Assembly: GCF_000039765.1 (NCBI RefSeq)
Contig: NC_004459.3
Location: 2,956,104 to 2,988,103, forward strand
Reading direction: 5' to 3'
Length of the DNA stretch: 32,000 bases
Origin: Vibrio vulnificus CMCP6
GTDB taxonomy: Bacteria > Pseudomonadota > Gammaproteobacteria > Enterobacterales > Vibrionaceae
Made by a program: the position numbers and the translations under genes. Below, in pieces: positions 10,128 through 18,798 of the stretch (positions within the stretch are counted from its first letter, which is position 1; each line of letters opens with the position of its first letter). The notes under the pieces are model-generated. The model made no database searches and was not told the DNA's origin. It saw only the letters and a list, made by a program, of their open reading frames with translations.

Positions 10128-10615
10128 ACATTTGCCTATTTTGTATTTAGTAATTTCAGTTGCCCCACCCCAACAGGATGAAACTTTTAACACTATCTAA
10201 TGCAAAATGTTAGACCATACACAATGTGTGGTTCAATCAATTCCCTACGCCCTACCCTTGTTATTCAACACTTTTTTGAGCTCATCCAGAGATGTGTCGG
10301 ATTGATATTTCATGTGTAAATTTGTGAATAGATGTGAAGAAATAAGTCTTTTGCATTATTGTTAAAAACAAAACAACCACGTAACATAAATGCTAGCAGA
10401 GTGACATTTTTTGGCTGGACTGATTCTTATTCTCTCACAAATAAAACAATCCGCATGATGATTATGTGATTTTACTGTTACCGTAATGTGAATACCAAAG
10501 GAGCAAAATAGCAGTCTAAAGTGGCCCTCTTAACGCAAAAACCGTTCAACATTTCAGCAAACAAGCAACTCAAGAAATACATACGCTGCGACTCACCGTT
10601 CGTGATTTACGCAGT

Positions 10616-11500
10616 GTGACTTCTGACAAGAAAACGAATCAGACGCCTTCCCATATCACCTCAGATTCGTTTCAATTCCGATATGACCAATGGAAAGAGA
10701 TGGGTATGGAATCGGTTATTGATCTCACTTGGGGGGCACTCTTAGCGTTTTCCAGCCTCCTTGTTATCCCGCTAATCATTAGCCACTGCTATCAGCTGGC
10801 GATCGCGAAAGAAGCACTGCTGAGTGTTGGCCGCATGGCACTGCAACTGATTTTAGTGGGCTTCTATTTGGAGTACCTGTTTACTCTGAATGACTGGCGC
10901 ATCAATGTGCTTTGGTTATTGGTGATGCTCTCTGTCGGCGCTTCTTCCATTGTCAGCAAAGCCCACTTGCCACAAAGTCAGCTACTCTTTCCTACCTTAT
11001 TCGGGCTCGCTGGAGGTATGTTGCCAATACTCTCAGTGTTACTTGTTGGCATCATCGTGCCAACACCTTGGTATCACACACAATATATGATTCCTTTGGC
11101 TGGTATGCTGCTGGGCAACAGCTTAAGTGGCAATATTGTCGCTTTGCAAAATCTGTTTGATTGCTATCGTAATCGAAGAAATGAATACGAAGCTGCGATC
11201 GCCCTCGGTGCGTCGCCACGTTATGCGTCACTTCTGTTTGTTAGGCAAGCGATGCAAAAATCTTTTGCTCCTATTCTTGCCTCAATGGCGGCGACAGGGC
11301 TGGTCACATTACCTGGCATGATGACAGGACAAATCTTGGGGGGCGCAAGTCCGATGGTGGCGATTAAATATCAACTGATCATTATGATCGCGATTTTTGT
11401 CACCCTCACCCTTTCTGTTGTCATCACTTTAGAACTGGTGCTACATCGCTGTTTAGATAGAAATGGGCGAGTGAAAATAAACACACTGGATACAAAATGA
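10616..11500 (+). CDS. fetB: FetB-like ABC transporter permease (UPF0014 family)
   Basis: LLSVGRMALQLILVGFYLEYLF, IIVPTPWYHTQYMIPLAGMLLGNSLSGNIVAL, EAAIALGASPRYA, LPGMMTGQILGGASP. GTG start as given by the track; an internal ATG around 10697-10706 may be the real start. Confidence 0.8.
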   Translation: MTSDKKTNQTPSHITSDSFQFRYDQWKEMGMESVIDLTWGALLAFSSLLVIPLIISHCYQLAIAKEALLSVGRMALQLILVGFYLEYLFTLNDWRINVLWLLVMLSVGASSIVSKAHLPQSQLLFPTLFGLAGGMLPILSVLLVGIIVPTPWYHTQYMIPLAGMLLGNSLSGNIVALQNLFDCYRNRRNEYEAAIALGASPRYASLLFVRQAMQKSFAPILASMAATGLVTLPGMMTGQILGGASPMVAIKYQLIIMIAIFVTLTLSVVITLELVLHRCLDRNGRVKINTLDTK

Positions 11501-11578
11501 GCAGTTCACTCTCTTTTTCTAACCACCTCTTTTCTAATCACTTTTAGCCGAAGCGAGATACCCACGAACTTTACGACA

Positions 11579-11605
11579 GGTTATCCACAGAAAATGTGGA
11601 TAACC
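11579..11605. promoter_or_regulatory. Inverted pair of consensus DnaA boxes
   Basis: GGTTATCCACA GAAAA TGTGGATAACC: perfect 11-bp arms, each containing TTATCCACA. Confidence 0.6.
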
Positions 11606-11713
11606 TCGTTCAGCGCCCATCGGTCGGTGTCTTAAAAACGCAGGAAGATCGTCACACGGCCGTCATGATTGAGACGTAACTTGCCTATAAAGCATCCAAT
11701 GGAGAGGAAGAAT

Positions 11714-11836
11714 ATGGAGTATTCACAGCAATAGCACGATGAGCTGGAGCAAGATTGTCGAGAATGGTTAATTGATAAGCCCTTTGAATTGCCTCCGCAA
11801 CCAACCGAGTTCTCATCAAACCCAAGTGATTTCTAA
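11714..11836 (+). pseudogene. Small ORF interrupted by an internal TAG
   Basis: GGAGAGGAAG upstream of ATG; reads MEYSQQ*HDELEQDCREWLIDKPFELPPQPTEFSSNPSDF*. TAG at 11732-11734, terminal TAA at 11834-11836. Confidence 0.35.
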
Positions 11837-11852
11837 AGAGTATGAAAAACGA

Positions 11853-11879
11853 AAAAAGCAGACTTAACGTCTGCTTTTT
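11853..11879. terminator. Bidirectional Rho-independent terminator between the fetB side and focA
   Basis: AAAAAGCAGAC TTAAC GTCTGCTTTTT, 11-bp perfect stem with flanking A/T runs. Confidence 0.85.
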
Positions 11880-11918
11880 AGTTATCTAAGAATCGCAGTG
11901 AATAGTGTCACTCAGCGA

Positions 11919-12761
11919 TTAATCGCGCAGGTAGATTAACCAATACCACATGCCAACAAACACACCACCACCGATGATATTACCAAGCGTAACCGGCAGT
12001 AGGTTATTCAGCAGAAAGTCCATCATGTTCAGGTCGGCGTAATCGGCAATGTTTGCCCCCGTCATTTGCCAAAATTCAGCTGGGGCAAAGTTTTTGATAC
12101 CAATCGCCATCGGCACTTGGAACATATTGGCTATACAGTGCTCAAAACCTGCCGAGACAAACATCGCAACAGGTAGAATCATCACGGCAATTTTATCCGT
12201 TAGTGTACGGCCGCTGAACGTCATCCACACTGCGATACAAACCAGCACATTACACATGATGCCCAAAGCTACGGCAGAGAAAAAGCTGTGGTGCATCTTA
12301 TGTTGTGAAATCGCCATCGCGTTTAGGCCAACCTGTCCATGGTCAAACATGTACTGCTTAGTGATCAACATGCAAACCACCAGCAAAATGGCGCCAACCA
12401 AGTTACCGACATAAACCACAAACCAGTTTTTGATCAGAACACGCCAGGAGATTTTACCGCTGGCACGTGCAACTAAGGTCAGCACTGAACTCGTAAACAG
12501 TTCACCACCAGTCACAACAACAAGGATCAAGCCTAAGCTAAATGCTAGGCCACCGATCAGGCGTGTTATTCCCCAAGGCAAGTCCGCCCCACCAGTTGTT
12601 ACCGTGGTATAAAAAACGAAGGCAATACCGATATGGATACCCGCTGAAATAGCAAGTAAAAATGATTTAACCGGGTCCTTGGTCGCTTTCCCTTCACCGA
12701 TCTCTGCCGCTCTTTCCGCGGCCTGTGGTGGTAATAGCGAGTCAAATTGATTGAAGTTCAT
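11919..12761 (-). CDS. focA: Formate/nitrite channel, FNT family
   Basis: 280 aa. GFEHCIANMF, GGELFTSS, NWFVVYVGNLVGA and LGNIIGGGVFVG are FNT signatures. Confidence 0.88.
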   Translation of the reverse strand: MNFNQFDSLLPPQAAERAAEIGEGKATKDPVKSFLLAISAGIHIGIAFVFYTTVTTGGADLPWGITRLIGGLAFSLGLILVVVTGGELFTSSVLTLVARASGKISWRVLIKNWFVVYVGNLVGAILLVVCMLITKQYMFDHGQVGLNAMAISQHKMHHSFFSAVALGIMCNVLVCIAVWMTFSGRTLTDKIAVMILPVAMFVSAGFEHCIANMFQVPMAIGIKNFAPAEFWQMTGANIADYADLNMMDFLLNNLLPVTLGNIIGGGVFVGMWYWLIYLRD

Positions 12762-13004
12762 TGCAGGTTAACATTTGGAAACAATTTCGAGTGGCGCGGA
12801 TAATCTCTCCTTTTCCAGAGTTTTTCAAGGGGTATTTTTTATGTTTACAAAAAATGTTGTTTTAGTGAGTTGAAATGAAAAACCAGGTTGCGACAACCTA
12901 TTAGCATCTTCTGCTTTCAGTTTCTGTGCTGACGTTAAAAACGGCTCACCAATACGCCAGCGAGACACCGATATTCAAACGTGCTTTCGCAAACCGAAGA
13001 AACA

Positions 13005-13032
13005 AAAATGCCTCATATGGTTGAGGCATTTT
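13005..13032. terminator. Rho-independent terminator, likely serving the lipoprotein gene
   Basis: AAAATGCCTCA tatggt TGAGGCATTTT; 11-bp stem. Confidence 0.8.
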
Positions 13033-13061
13033 CTAGGATTAGTGTTAGCGAAGCTCTGAGG

Positions 13062-14447
13062 TTATTCTGCTGCATTCTCTGGCTGCGTTTCTGGCGCTGC
13101 GGTTTCGCTACTCGCCTCAACGTCGCTTGCTGCTTCTTCAGTTTCAATCGCTTCGGCTTTAGGGGCTGCCTCTTCTACTTGAGGAGCTTGCTCTTCTAAT
13201 GCTGTCCCCTCTTGCACTGGATCTGCCTGTTCCACAGTAGACGCAGGCTGATCTTTTGCCGCTAACTGAAGTTTCAGATTCGCGACCAACTCTTCCAAAC
13301 TCTTGATATGCGCAGCTTCGCGTTCAATGTGGGCATTTAACGCCAGCTCACGTTGATTGGCTTTTTCCAATGCTGTTTTTTGCTCAGCCGACTTGGTTTC
13401 GAGCACTTTCACTTTACTGTTAAGCTCTGTCACCTGCTGAGACAAATCGGTGGTTTTGTTTGCTTCGTGCATGCGTTTCACGCTTGCAAGAATCTTCTCG
13501 CTTTGCTCTCTTAGCATCACATCACGGTAATCAGAACCATCGACTGCTTTAGAGATGGCGAGCAACTTGTTTTCAATTTCTAAAACTGAGTTTTCAAAAG
13601 CATCGTCTTCGACAGAAGCCAACAGTTTCACCTGATGCGTGACTTGCTTAACGTGTTCGATCTCAAACTGAGCGTTCGCCACTGCCAACTCAATTGCGGC
13701 TTTATCACGAGGATTGGTTTGAGCAATGTTTGCTGCAATATTAATAACGTTTTCCGCCGTGGCAAAACTCACTGGCGCAACTTCATTAAAATCTTCTTTC
13801 TTTAGGGTTTTCAGCTCTTGTTGAAGCGGTAGAATAAACGTTTTGTGCACTACCTTCACCTCAAGCTGTTTCGCGGTATTGAGGAAAACAACTTGTTTCT
13901 CTTGCGCTTCTTCTAGCTCATCAACCACAACGTAAGAAAATAGCTTCTTATACTGAGAAAGCACCTTGTTGTAATCATTCGCGTAGAGTTTCGCAGCATT
14001 GATCTCTGCTAGGTAATCCATCTGAGCAATAGAATCTGCCAGGATCACGTCCGCTTTCGCTTTCAGTTTTTCTAACGCTGCGAAATTTTGATCCACTAAC
14101 TTAATTTGCTCTTGATACGCTTGCGCATAGGTGTCAGAAGAAAATAGAGAGTAGCTTTTCGATGCTAGAGAAGGATCTTTTTCCAGTTTTGTGTAGATCT
14201 CACTGGCTTCTTTCCAAGCCGATGTTAAATCTTTGAAGTTTTCCGGTGCGTAGATCGCCAGCTTCCCGCTGTCTTGTAGAGCTTGAGACCATTGTTGATG
14301 CGATTGTTGAATGCCAACAAACGGCGTGCTCGCATTTTCAGCGACTTCGTTTGTCACCTCTTGGGTGAGTTTTTCTTCTGGCGTAGACTGACAACCCACA
14401 ATGGAGAGCATCATTGATGCCGCCAGTGCCAACTTCATTTTATTCAT
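13062..14447 (-). CDS. Predicted lipoprotein with long helical/coiled-coil region and acidic Ala/Glu-rich C-terminus
   Basis: Lipobox LSIVGC after the signal peptide (MKLALAASMMLSIVGCQS). Heptad-like segment LSQQVTELNSKVKVLETKSAEQKTALEKANQRELALNAHIEREAAHIKSLEELVANLKLQLAAK. Confidence 0.65.
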   Translation of the reverse strand: MNKMKLALAASMMLSIVGCQSTPEEKLTQEVTNEVAENASTPFVGIQQSHQQWSQALQDSGKLAIYAPENFKDLTSAWKEASEIYTKLEKDPSLASKSYSLFSSDTYAQAYQEQIKLVDQNFAALEKLKAKADVILADSIAQMDYLAEINAAKLYANDYNKVLSQYKKLFSYVVVDELEEAQEKQVVFLNTAKQLEVKVVHKTFILPLQQELKTLKKEDFNEVAPVSFATAENVINIAANIAQTNPRDKAAIELAVANAQFEIEHVKQVTHQVKLLASVEDDAFENSVLEIENKLLAISKAVDGSDYRDVMLREQSEKILASVKRMHEANKTTDLSQQVTELNSKVKVLETKSAEQKTALEKANQRELALNAHIEREAAHIKSLEELVANLKLQLAAKDQPASTVEQADPVQEGTALEEQAPQVEEAAPKAEAIETEEAASDVEASSETAAPETQPENAAE

Positions 14448-14806
14448 TCTGTTACCCTTTATGTCTTAGCTCATTGACGCGCAAGCATTTTTCGTCCCCC
14501 CTTCGCATCAACAGCCAAAAGGCTAAACGTGAAGAAATGGAGTACTCGCAAAAATATCATTACAAACGAGCGTTTTCTTACGCTCTGTTATCTCGAATAG
14601 ACACGTAAATATATTATAAAAGTCTTAATAATGATATGTGGCATTGGTTAGATGAATAATAAAACAGCGTTTCTTATCAATCACTTCGATAGAAAGAGAG
14701 AAGAATTTGCGAATTTACCGACTGGCTAACAATTCTCGCTCTTTATGATTGTAACTATTGCCTAAGCGTACTAAGTTGAAGCGGAAAGATTTGTCGGAGT
14801 ATGAGT

Positions 14807-15040
14807 ATGAAATTTACAGAAGAACACTTAGCTGAAATGAACCTATTGCTACAATTTGACTTGAGTAGCGCTGCCACAGGGATAAAAGTGCACAAAGATG
14901 CGGCAGAATCGGCTCAGGCCGCGGTAAAACGTTTATTTGATAAGGGCCTATGTACTCAAATCGACGGAGGCTACCTCACTGACGAAGGTATTGAAGTAGC
15001 AGAGCACGCAGAAAAAACATTGAGAGTATTAAGCGCATAA
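14807..15040 (+). CDS. Conserved small protein (resembles TIGR02647 family)
   Basis: MKFTEEHLAEMNLLLQFDLSSAATGIKVHKDA...GGYLTDEGIEVAEHAEKTL. CGGAG upstream favours the second ATG; the track start is 14801. Confidence 0.65.
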   Translation: MKFTEEHLAEMNLLLQFDLSSAATGIKVHKDAAESAQAAVKRLFDKGLCTQIDGGYLTDEGIEVAEHAEKTLRVLSA

Positions 15041-15068
15041 TGCTTTAGCGCAACTGACTGAGAATAAT

Positions 15069-15105
15069 AAAGACTCGCTTTTGGTTTATTCAAAAGCGAG
15101 TCTTT
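15069..15105 (+). terminator. Rho-independent terminator downstream of the TIGR02647-like gene
   Basis: AAAGACTCGCTTTTG GTTTATT CAAAAGCGAGTCTTT, 15-bp perfect stem. Confidence 0.9.
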
Positions 15106-15178
15106 TTGTTTCTCTAGCTAGGTGACGGAGCGTGCTAACAACACACTGTTGAATATTGCGAGCCCCGCAGAGCATTGT

Positions 15179-15607
15179 CTAGCGAGAAAATAAGGCATTC
15201 ACCCGTTGATAGGGTTGAACGCGGTCATAAAACCAATTAAACCCCGTCGCGTAAAATAGGAAAAAGAGCAAAAACCCCGCTTCCAGTAGCAAGGCTTGTA
15301 ATAACGAGATGCTAAGGAACCAAGAGATCACTGGAATGGTAATGAAGATGAGCCCTCCCTCAAATCCGAGCGTATGCAAAAGACGCATTTTTAATCCTCT
15401 CTCTGCTCGATTTGCACCAAACCATTGATCAAAATATTGGTTATAGATGTAATTCCAAATGACGGTAAAGATACTCAGCCCAATCCCGACAATAGCCAGT
15501 GCCGAAGCCCCTTTGCCAGTTATCAAAGATGTCGCTGGTACAATAATCGCCAATGCCAAAAGTTCAAACGCCACGGCATGAAAAAGTCGTTCACCTTGTG
15601 TCATCAC
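15179..15607 (-). CDS. PACE-family (AceI-like) small multidrug efflux transporter
   Basis: Duplicated 'bacterial transmembrane pair' architecture: ERLFHAVAFELLALAI ... NYIYNQYFDQWF ... KMRLLHTLGFEGGLIFITIPVISWFL ... FNWFYDRV. Confidence 0.8.
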   Translation of the reverse strand: MMTQGERLFHAVAFELLALAIIVPATSLITGKGASALAIVGIGLSIFTVIWNYIYNQYFDQWFGANRAERGLKMRLLHTLGFEGGLIFITIPVISWFLSISLLQALLLEAGFLLFFLFYATGFNWFYDRVQPYQRVNALFSR

Positions 15608-15644
15608 AAAACCTCTTACTGATGCTTTTCAATCACACACATTC

Positions 15645-15683
15645 TATCTACCATTAAGATAGATAAAAGTTAGATACCATCTA
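15645..15683. promoter_or_regulatory. Candidate LysR-regulator operator in divergent PACE/LysR intergenic region
   Basis: Four ATCTA/TAGAT half-sites: TATCTA-N9-TAGATA and TAGAT-ACC-ATCTA. Confidence 0.45.
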
Positions 15684-15693
15684 TAAAAGCGAT

Positions 15694-16569
15694 ATGTTTA
15701 CTATCGAGCAACTACAAGCATTCGTCACTACCTCAGAAAAAGGCTCCTTTTCTGCCGCTGCTAGGGCGCTTGGTAAAGCGCAATCGGTCATCAGCCAACA
15801 TATTATGAATATGGAGCTTGATTGCGGGGTGGCTCTTTTTGATCGCACAGGGCGATACCCTGTACTCAATTCATCAGGTTTAGCACTTCTCCCTTACGCA
15901 AAAGCAACTCTGGAACAGTTGAAGAGATTCTCTAATAAAGCCAGTTCGCTATTTGAACCGCGCGCGTCGCAACTGATTCTTGCCGTCGACGAAGGTGTAC
16001 CGCTTTTAACGTTGCCACACGTTTTTCGTACCTTGGAGGCGTCATTTCCAGAGCTACAAATCGAGTGTTTAACGGCTTCAAGCCCCGATATTATTGAGTT
16101 GGTGGAATCTGGGCGCGCGACTACCGGCATCATTTTGAGTGAAACCGTACTGCCATCGACCATCGATTTTTCGAGCTTAGGCGCGGTTGCTTTTGATGTG
16201 TTCGTGTCCACTGAACATCCTTTGGCTTCGATGTCATTAACGCATAGCGACCAACTCAAGCTGCATCGGCAATTGGTCATACGATCTAAGAACGCTCAGT
16301 TCAGCTCCCTGAATCAAGCCTTTGGCCCAGACGTTTGGTACGCTGATAACTATTTTATGCTGTTAGAGATGGCAAAAGCGGGCTTCGGCTGGTGTCTGTT
16401 ACCAGAACACCTTATCGGCGCAGAACAACACGGCTTGGTGAAAATACAAAATCCTCAGTTGCAATTTGGCTGGCAAGCCAATATCGATGTGATACAACAT
16501 CAGAAATGGCACTCTGATCCAGTGCATTTGGAAACGCGTAGATTGCTGCGTAACTTATTTGGGAAATAG
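15694..16569 (+). CDS. LysR family transcriptional regulator
   Basis: N-terminal wHTH MFTIEQLQAFVTTSEKGSFSAAARALGKAQSVISQHIMNMELDCGVALFDRTGR. Confidence 0.9.
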   Translation: MFTIEQLQAFVTTSEKGSFSAAARALGKAQSVISQHIMNMELDCGVALFDRTGRYPVLNSSGLALLPYAKATLEQLKRFSNKASSLFEPRASQLILAVDEGVPLLTLPHVFRTLEASFPELQIECLTASSPDIIELVESGRATTGIILSETVLPSTIDFSSLGAVAFDVFVSTEHPLASMSLTHSDQLKLHRQLVIRSKNAQFSSLNQAFGPDVWYADNYFMLLEMAKAGFGWCLLPEHLIGAEQHGLVKIQNPQLQFGWQANIDVIQHQKWHSDPVHLETRRLLRNLFGK

Positions 16570-16571
16570 CG

Positions 16572-17402
16572 ATGAAAAAGATATTAATCATTGGAGCCGG
16601 TTGGCTGGGTTTACCTTTTGCTCAACAATTGTCCGCGTTAAAACATCAGGCGATTGTCACTCGACGCTCTACAGACAGCCTTCGTGAAGTCCCTTTGGCG
16701 CAAGAAAGCAAAGCCGTACTCGATCTCGCCAATGATGACGCCGTAAAGAAGGTGCGAGAGCTCGTAGACAACAATGCCATCGATATTGTTGTTGGCAGTT
16801 TCCCCCCCGGCTTTCGAAAAGGTAGCGGTGAAGAATATGCCCATCAGTGGCAAAAAATCATCGATGGCATCAAGGATAGCGCGGTACAAAAAGTCATTAT
16901 GGTCAGCTCGACGACGGTTTACCCAAATCAACCCGTCGAGATGAGGGAAGACGACGCAACACTCGCTAAGGCAAACAGCGAGAGCGACTTATTCAGTGAC
17001 AAAGCACGCGTGATGTTGCAAGCAGAGCAATCACTGCTAGATTCAGGCAAAAACTTTACCATCTTACGGTTGAGCGGGCTCTTTGGGCCTCATCGCCACC
17101 CAGCCCGCTTCGTCCCTCACCTAAAACAAATTAGCAGCCGTGCGCCCGCTAACATGCTTCATCTTGACGATGCAATCAATGCACTTTTGTTTGCGCTTAG
17201 TGCTGTCGACCAGCAAGTGCTCAACGTATCAACGCCAACGACGGTCGATAAAGCGACCTTCTATCAAGCCGCGCTTGAATCTGCACAATTCGACATTGAT
17301 TTCCCACCCGTTGTCGCCGTTGAAGACAAACGTATTGTGGTGGATAAGTTGCTGCAATCGGGTTTTCAATTTCAATATCAATCAACGCTGGATGCTTTAT
17401 GA
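16572..17402 (+). CDS. NAD(P)-binding SDR/epimerase-like protein (YeeZ-like)
   Basis: Rossmann motif KILIIGAGWLGLPFAQQL; VIMVSSTTVYP; ILRLSGLFGPHRHP. Confidence 0.8.
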   Translation: MKKILIIGAGWLGLPFAQQLSALKHQAIVTRRSTDSLREVPLAQESKAVLDLANDDAVKKVRELVDNNAIDIVVGSFPPGFRKGSGEEYAHQWQKIIDGIKDSAVQKVIMVSSTTVYPNQPVEMREDDATLAKANSESDLFSDKARVMLQAEQSLLDSGKNFTILRLSGLFGPHRHPARFVPHLKQISSRAPANMLHLDDAINALLFALSAVDQQVLNVSTPTTVDKATFYQAALESAQFDIDFPPVVAVEDKRIVVDKLLQSGFQFQYQSTLDAL

Positions 17403-18037
17403 AACTTTTCCGTCAAATTGAACTGCTCTGGCAATACATGCAATTGCAGCATCGCTTAACCCCCGTCGATTGCTTGCTCGTGATGTGCAGTAACGATCTT
17501 CGAGTGGCTGAACATGCTGCGAATTTGTACAAACAAGGGTACGCGCCCTATATCCTCTTTTCTGGTGGTGAGGGACGTTTCACTGAAGGGCTATTTGAAA
17601 AAAGCGAAGCGGAGACTTTTGCCGAGCTCGCAAAAGCTTCAGGCGTGCCTGAAGAAGCGATCTTACTCGAAACAAAATCCTCCAATAGTGGGGAAAACGT
17701 CCGTTTTTCCGAGCAACTTTTGATCGACAAGGGGTTAGTGTTTGAGTCGTTTATTTTGGTCCAAAAACCCTTTATGGAAAGACGCGCCCTCGCGACGTTC
17801 GAGAAGCAATGGCAGGGGCCTTACTCACACCTGTTGGTGAGCTCCACCGGAGAGGCCTTCTTTGATTACATCAATGAAGAGATGCCTCTAATGTTGGTGC
17901 TTGAAGCGCTTCTTGAGGACTTTGAGCGCATTAAACGTTATCCAGCAAAAGGGTTCCAAACCGAACAACCACTGCCCGATGACGTCGAAGCCGCTTACCA
18001 ATATATCCGAGAAAAGCTCACTTCTCTGCTTATTTAA
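17399..18037 (+). CDS. YdcF/SanA-like DUF218 family protein
   Basis: DCLLVMCSNDLRVAEHAANLYKQGYAPYILFSGGEGRFTEG...ETKSSNSGENVRFSEQLL; 4-nt overlap with the upstream gene. Confidence 0.8.
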   Translation: MKLFRQIELLWQYMQLQHRLTPVDCLLVMCSNDLRVAEHAANLYKQGYAPYILFSGGEGRFTEGLFEKSEAETFAELAKASGVPEEAILLETKSSNSGENVRFSEQLLIDKGLVFESFILVQKPFMERRALATFEKQWQGPYSHLLVSSTGEAFFDYINEEMPLMLVLEALLEDFERIKRYPAKGFQTEQPLPDDVEAAYQYIREKLTSLLI

Positions 18038-18070
18038 CGCAGCCACACCTTTAATGCAGTCCCCAATGAA

Positions 18071-18101
18071 AAAAAGCCACTGCACATAATGTGAGTGGCT
18101 T
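18071..18101 (-). terminator. Rho-independent terminator downstream of tdk
   Basis: AAGCCACT(GCACATAATGTG)AGTGGCTT; followed on the minus strand by a T7 run. Confidence 0.75.
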
Positions 18102-18139
18102 CATTGCATTCTTGTCGGTAGGGGTACTCAAAGACCCCG

Positions 18140-18718
18140 TTATTTACCCAACGCTTCTTTGTAGTGTTGACGACAGACTGACACGTAACGATCGTTCCCC
18201 CCAATCGCCACTTGGTCACCTTCTTTAATCGCCTTACCGTGCTCGTCGGTGCGGATAACCATGTTGGCTTTGCGTCCACAATGACAAATGGTTTTTAGCT
18301 CGACCAATTTATCAGCCCAAGAAAGGAGGTATTTGCTGCCTTCAAACAGCTCACCTAGAAAATCCGTACGAAGTCCGTAACACAATACAGGAATGTGCAG
18401 CTTATCGACCACTTCCGTTAACTGATACACTTGCTCTTTCGATAAGAATTGGCACTCATCCACCAAAATACAATGGCGTTTCTCCACTTCATTCAGAGCA
18501 GCGATCTCTTGATAGAGATTGGTGTCTGCTTTAAACAATTGCGCTTCGGCTTGCAAACCAATTCGTGAACTGACTTTACCAATACCATAGCGATCATCTA
18601 AAGCCGCGGTAAAAATAACGGGCGTCATACCACGCTCTTGATAGTTGAAAGAAGACTGAAGAAGAGTCGTTGATTTACCCGCGTTCATCGCTGAGTAATA
18701 GAAATACATCTGAGCCAC
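18140..18718 (-). CDS. tdk: Thymidine kinase
   Basis: [37 protein letters not shown], and C-terminal zinc-ligand cysteines CHCGRKA ... CRQHY. Confidence 0.95.
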   Translation of the reverse strand: MAQMYFYYSAMNAGKSTTLLQSSFNYQERGMTPVIFTAALDDRYGIGKVSSRIGLQAEAQLFKADTNLYQEIAALNEVEKRHCILVDECQFLSKEQVYQLTEVVDKLHIPVLCYGLRTDFLGELFEGSKYLLSWADKLVELKTICHCGRKANMVIRTDEHGKAIKEGDQVAIGGNDRYVSVCRQHYKEALGK

Positions 18719-18762
18719 AGAGCACTACCTAAGTAAAATTGGAAAATGTAAAAATATAAAGA

Positions 18763-18786
18763 AAAGGGCTGAATCAACAGCCCTTT
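18763..18786 (-). terminator. Rho-independent terminator downstream of cysS
   Basis: AAAGGGCTG aatcaa CAGCCCTTT. Confidence 0.75.
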
Positions 18787-18798
18787 AAAAAGATGCAA

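Noticed and set aside
12981-13199. Plus-strand ORF MLSQTEETKMPHMVEAFSRISVSEALRLF...
   Set aside because: Spans a terminator hairpin and the acidic tail of the opposite-strand lipoprotein gene; Cys/Phe/Arg-rich reading is typical of antisense Glu/Ala coding.
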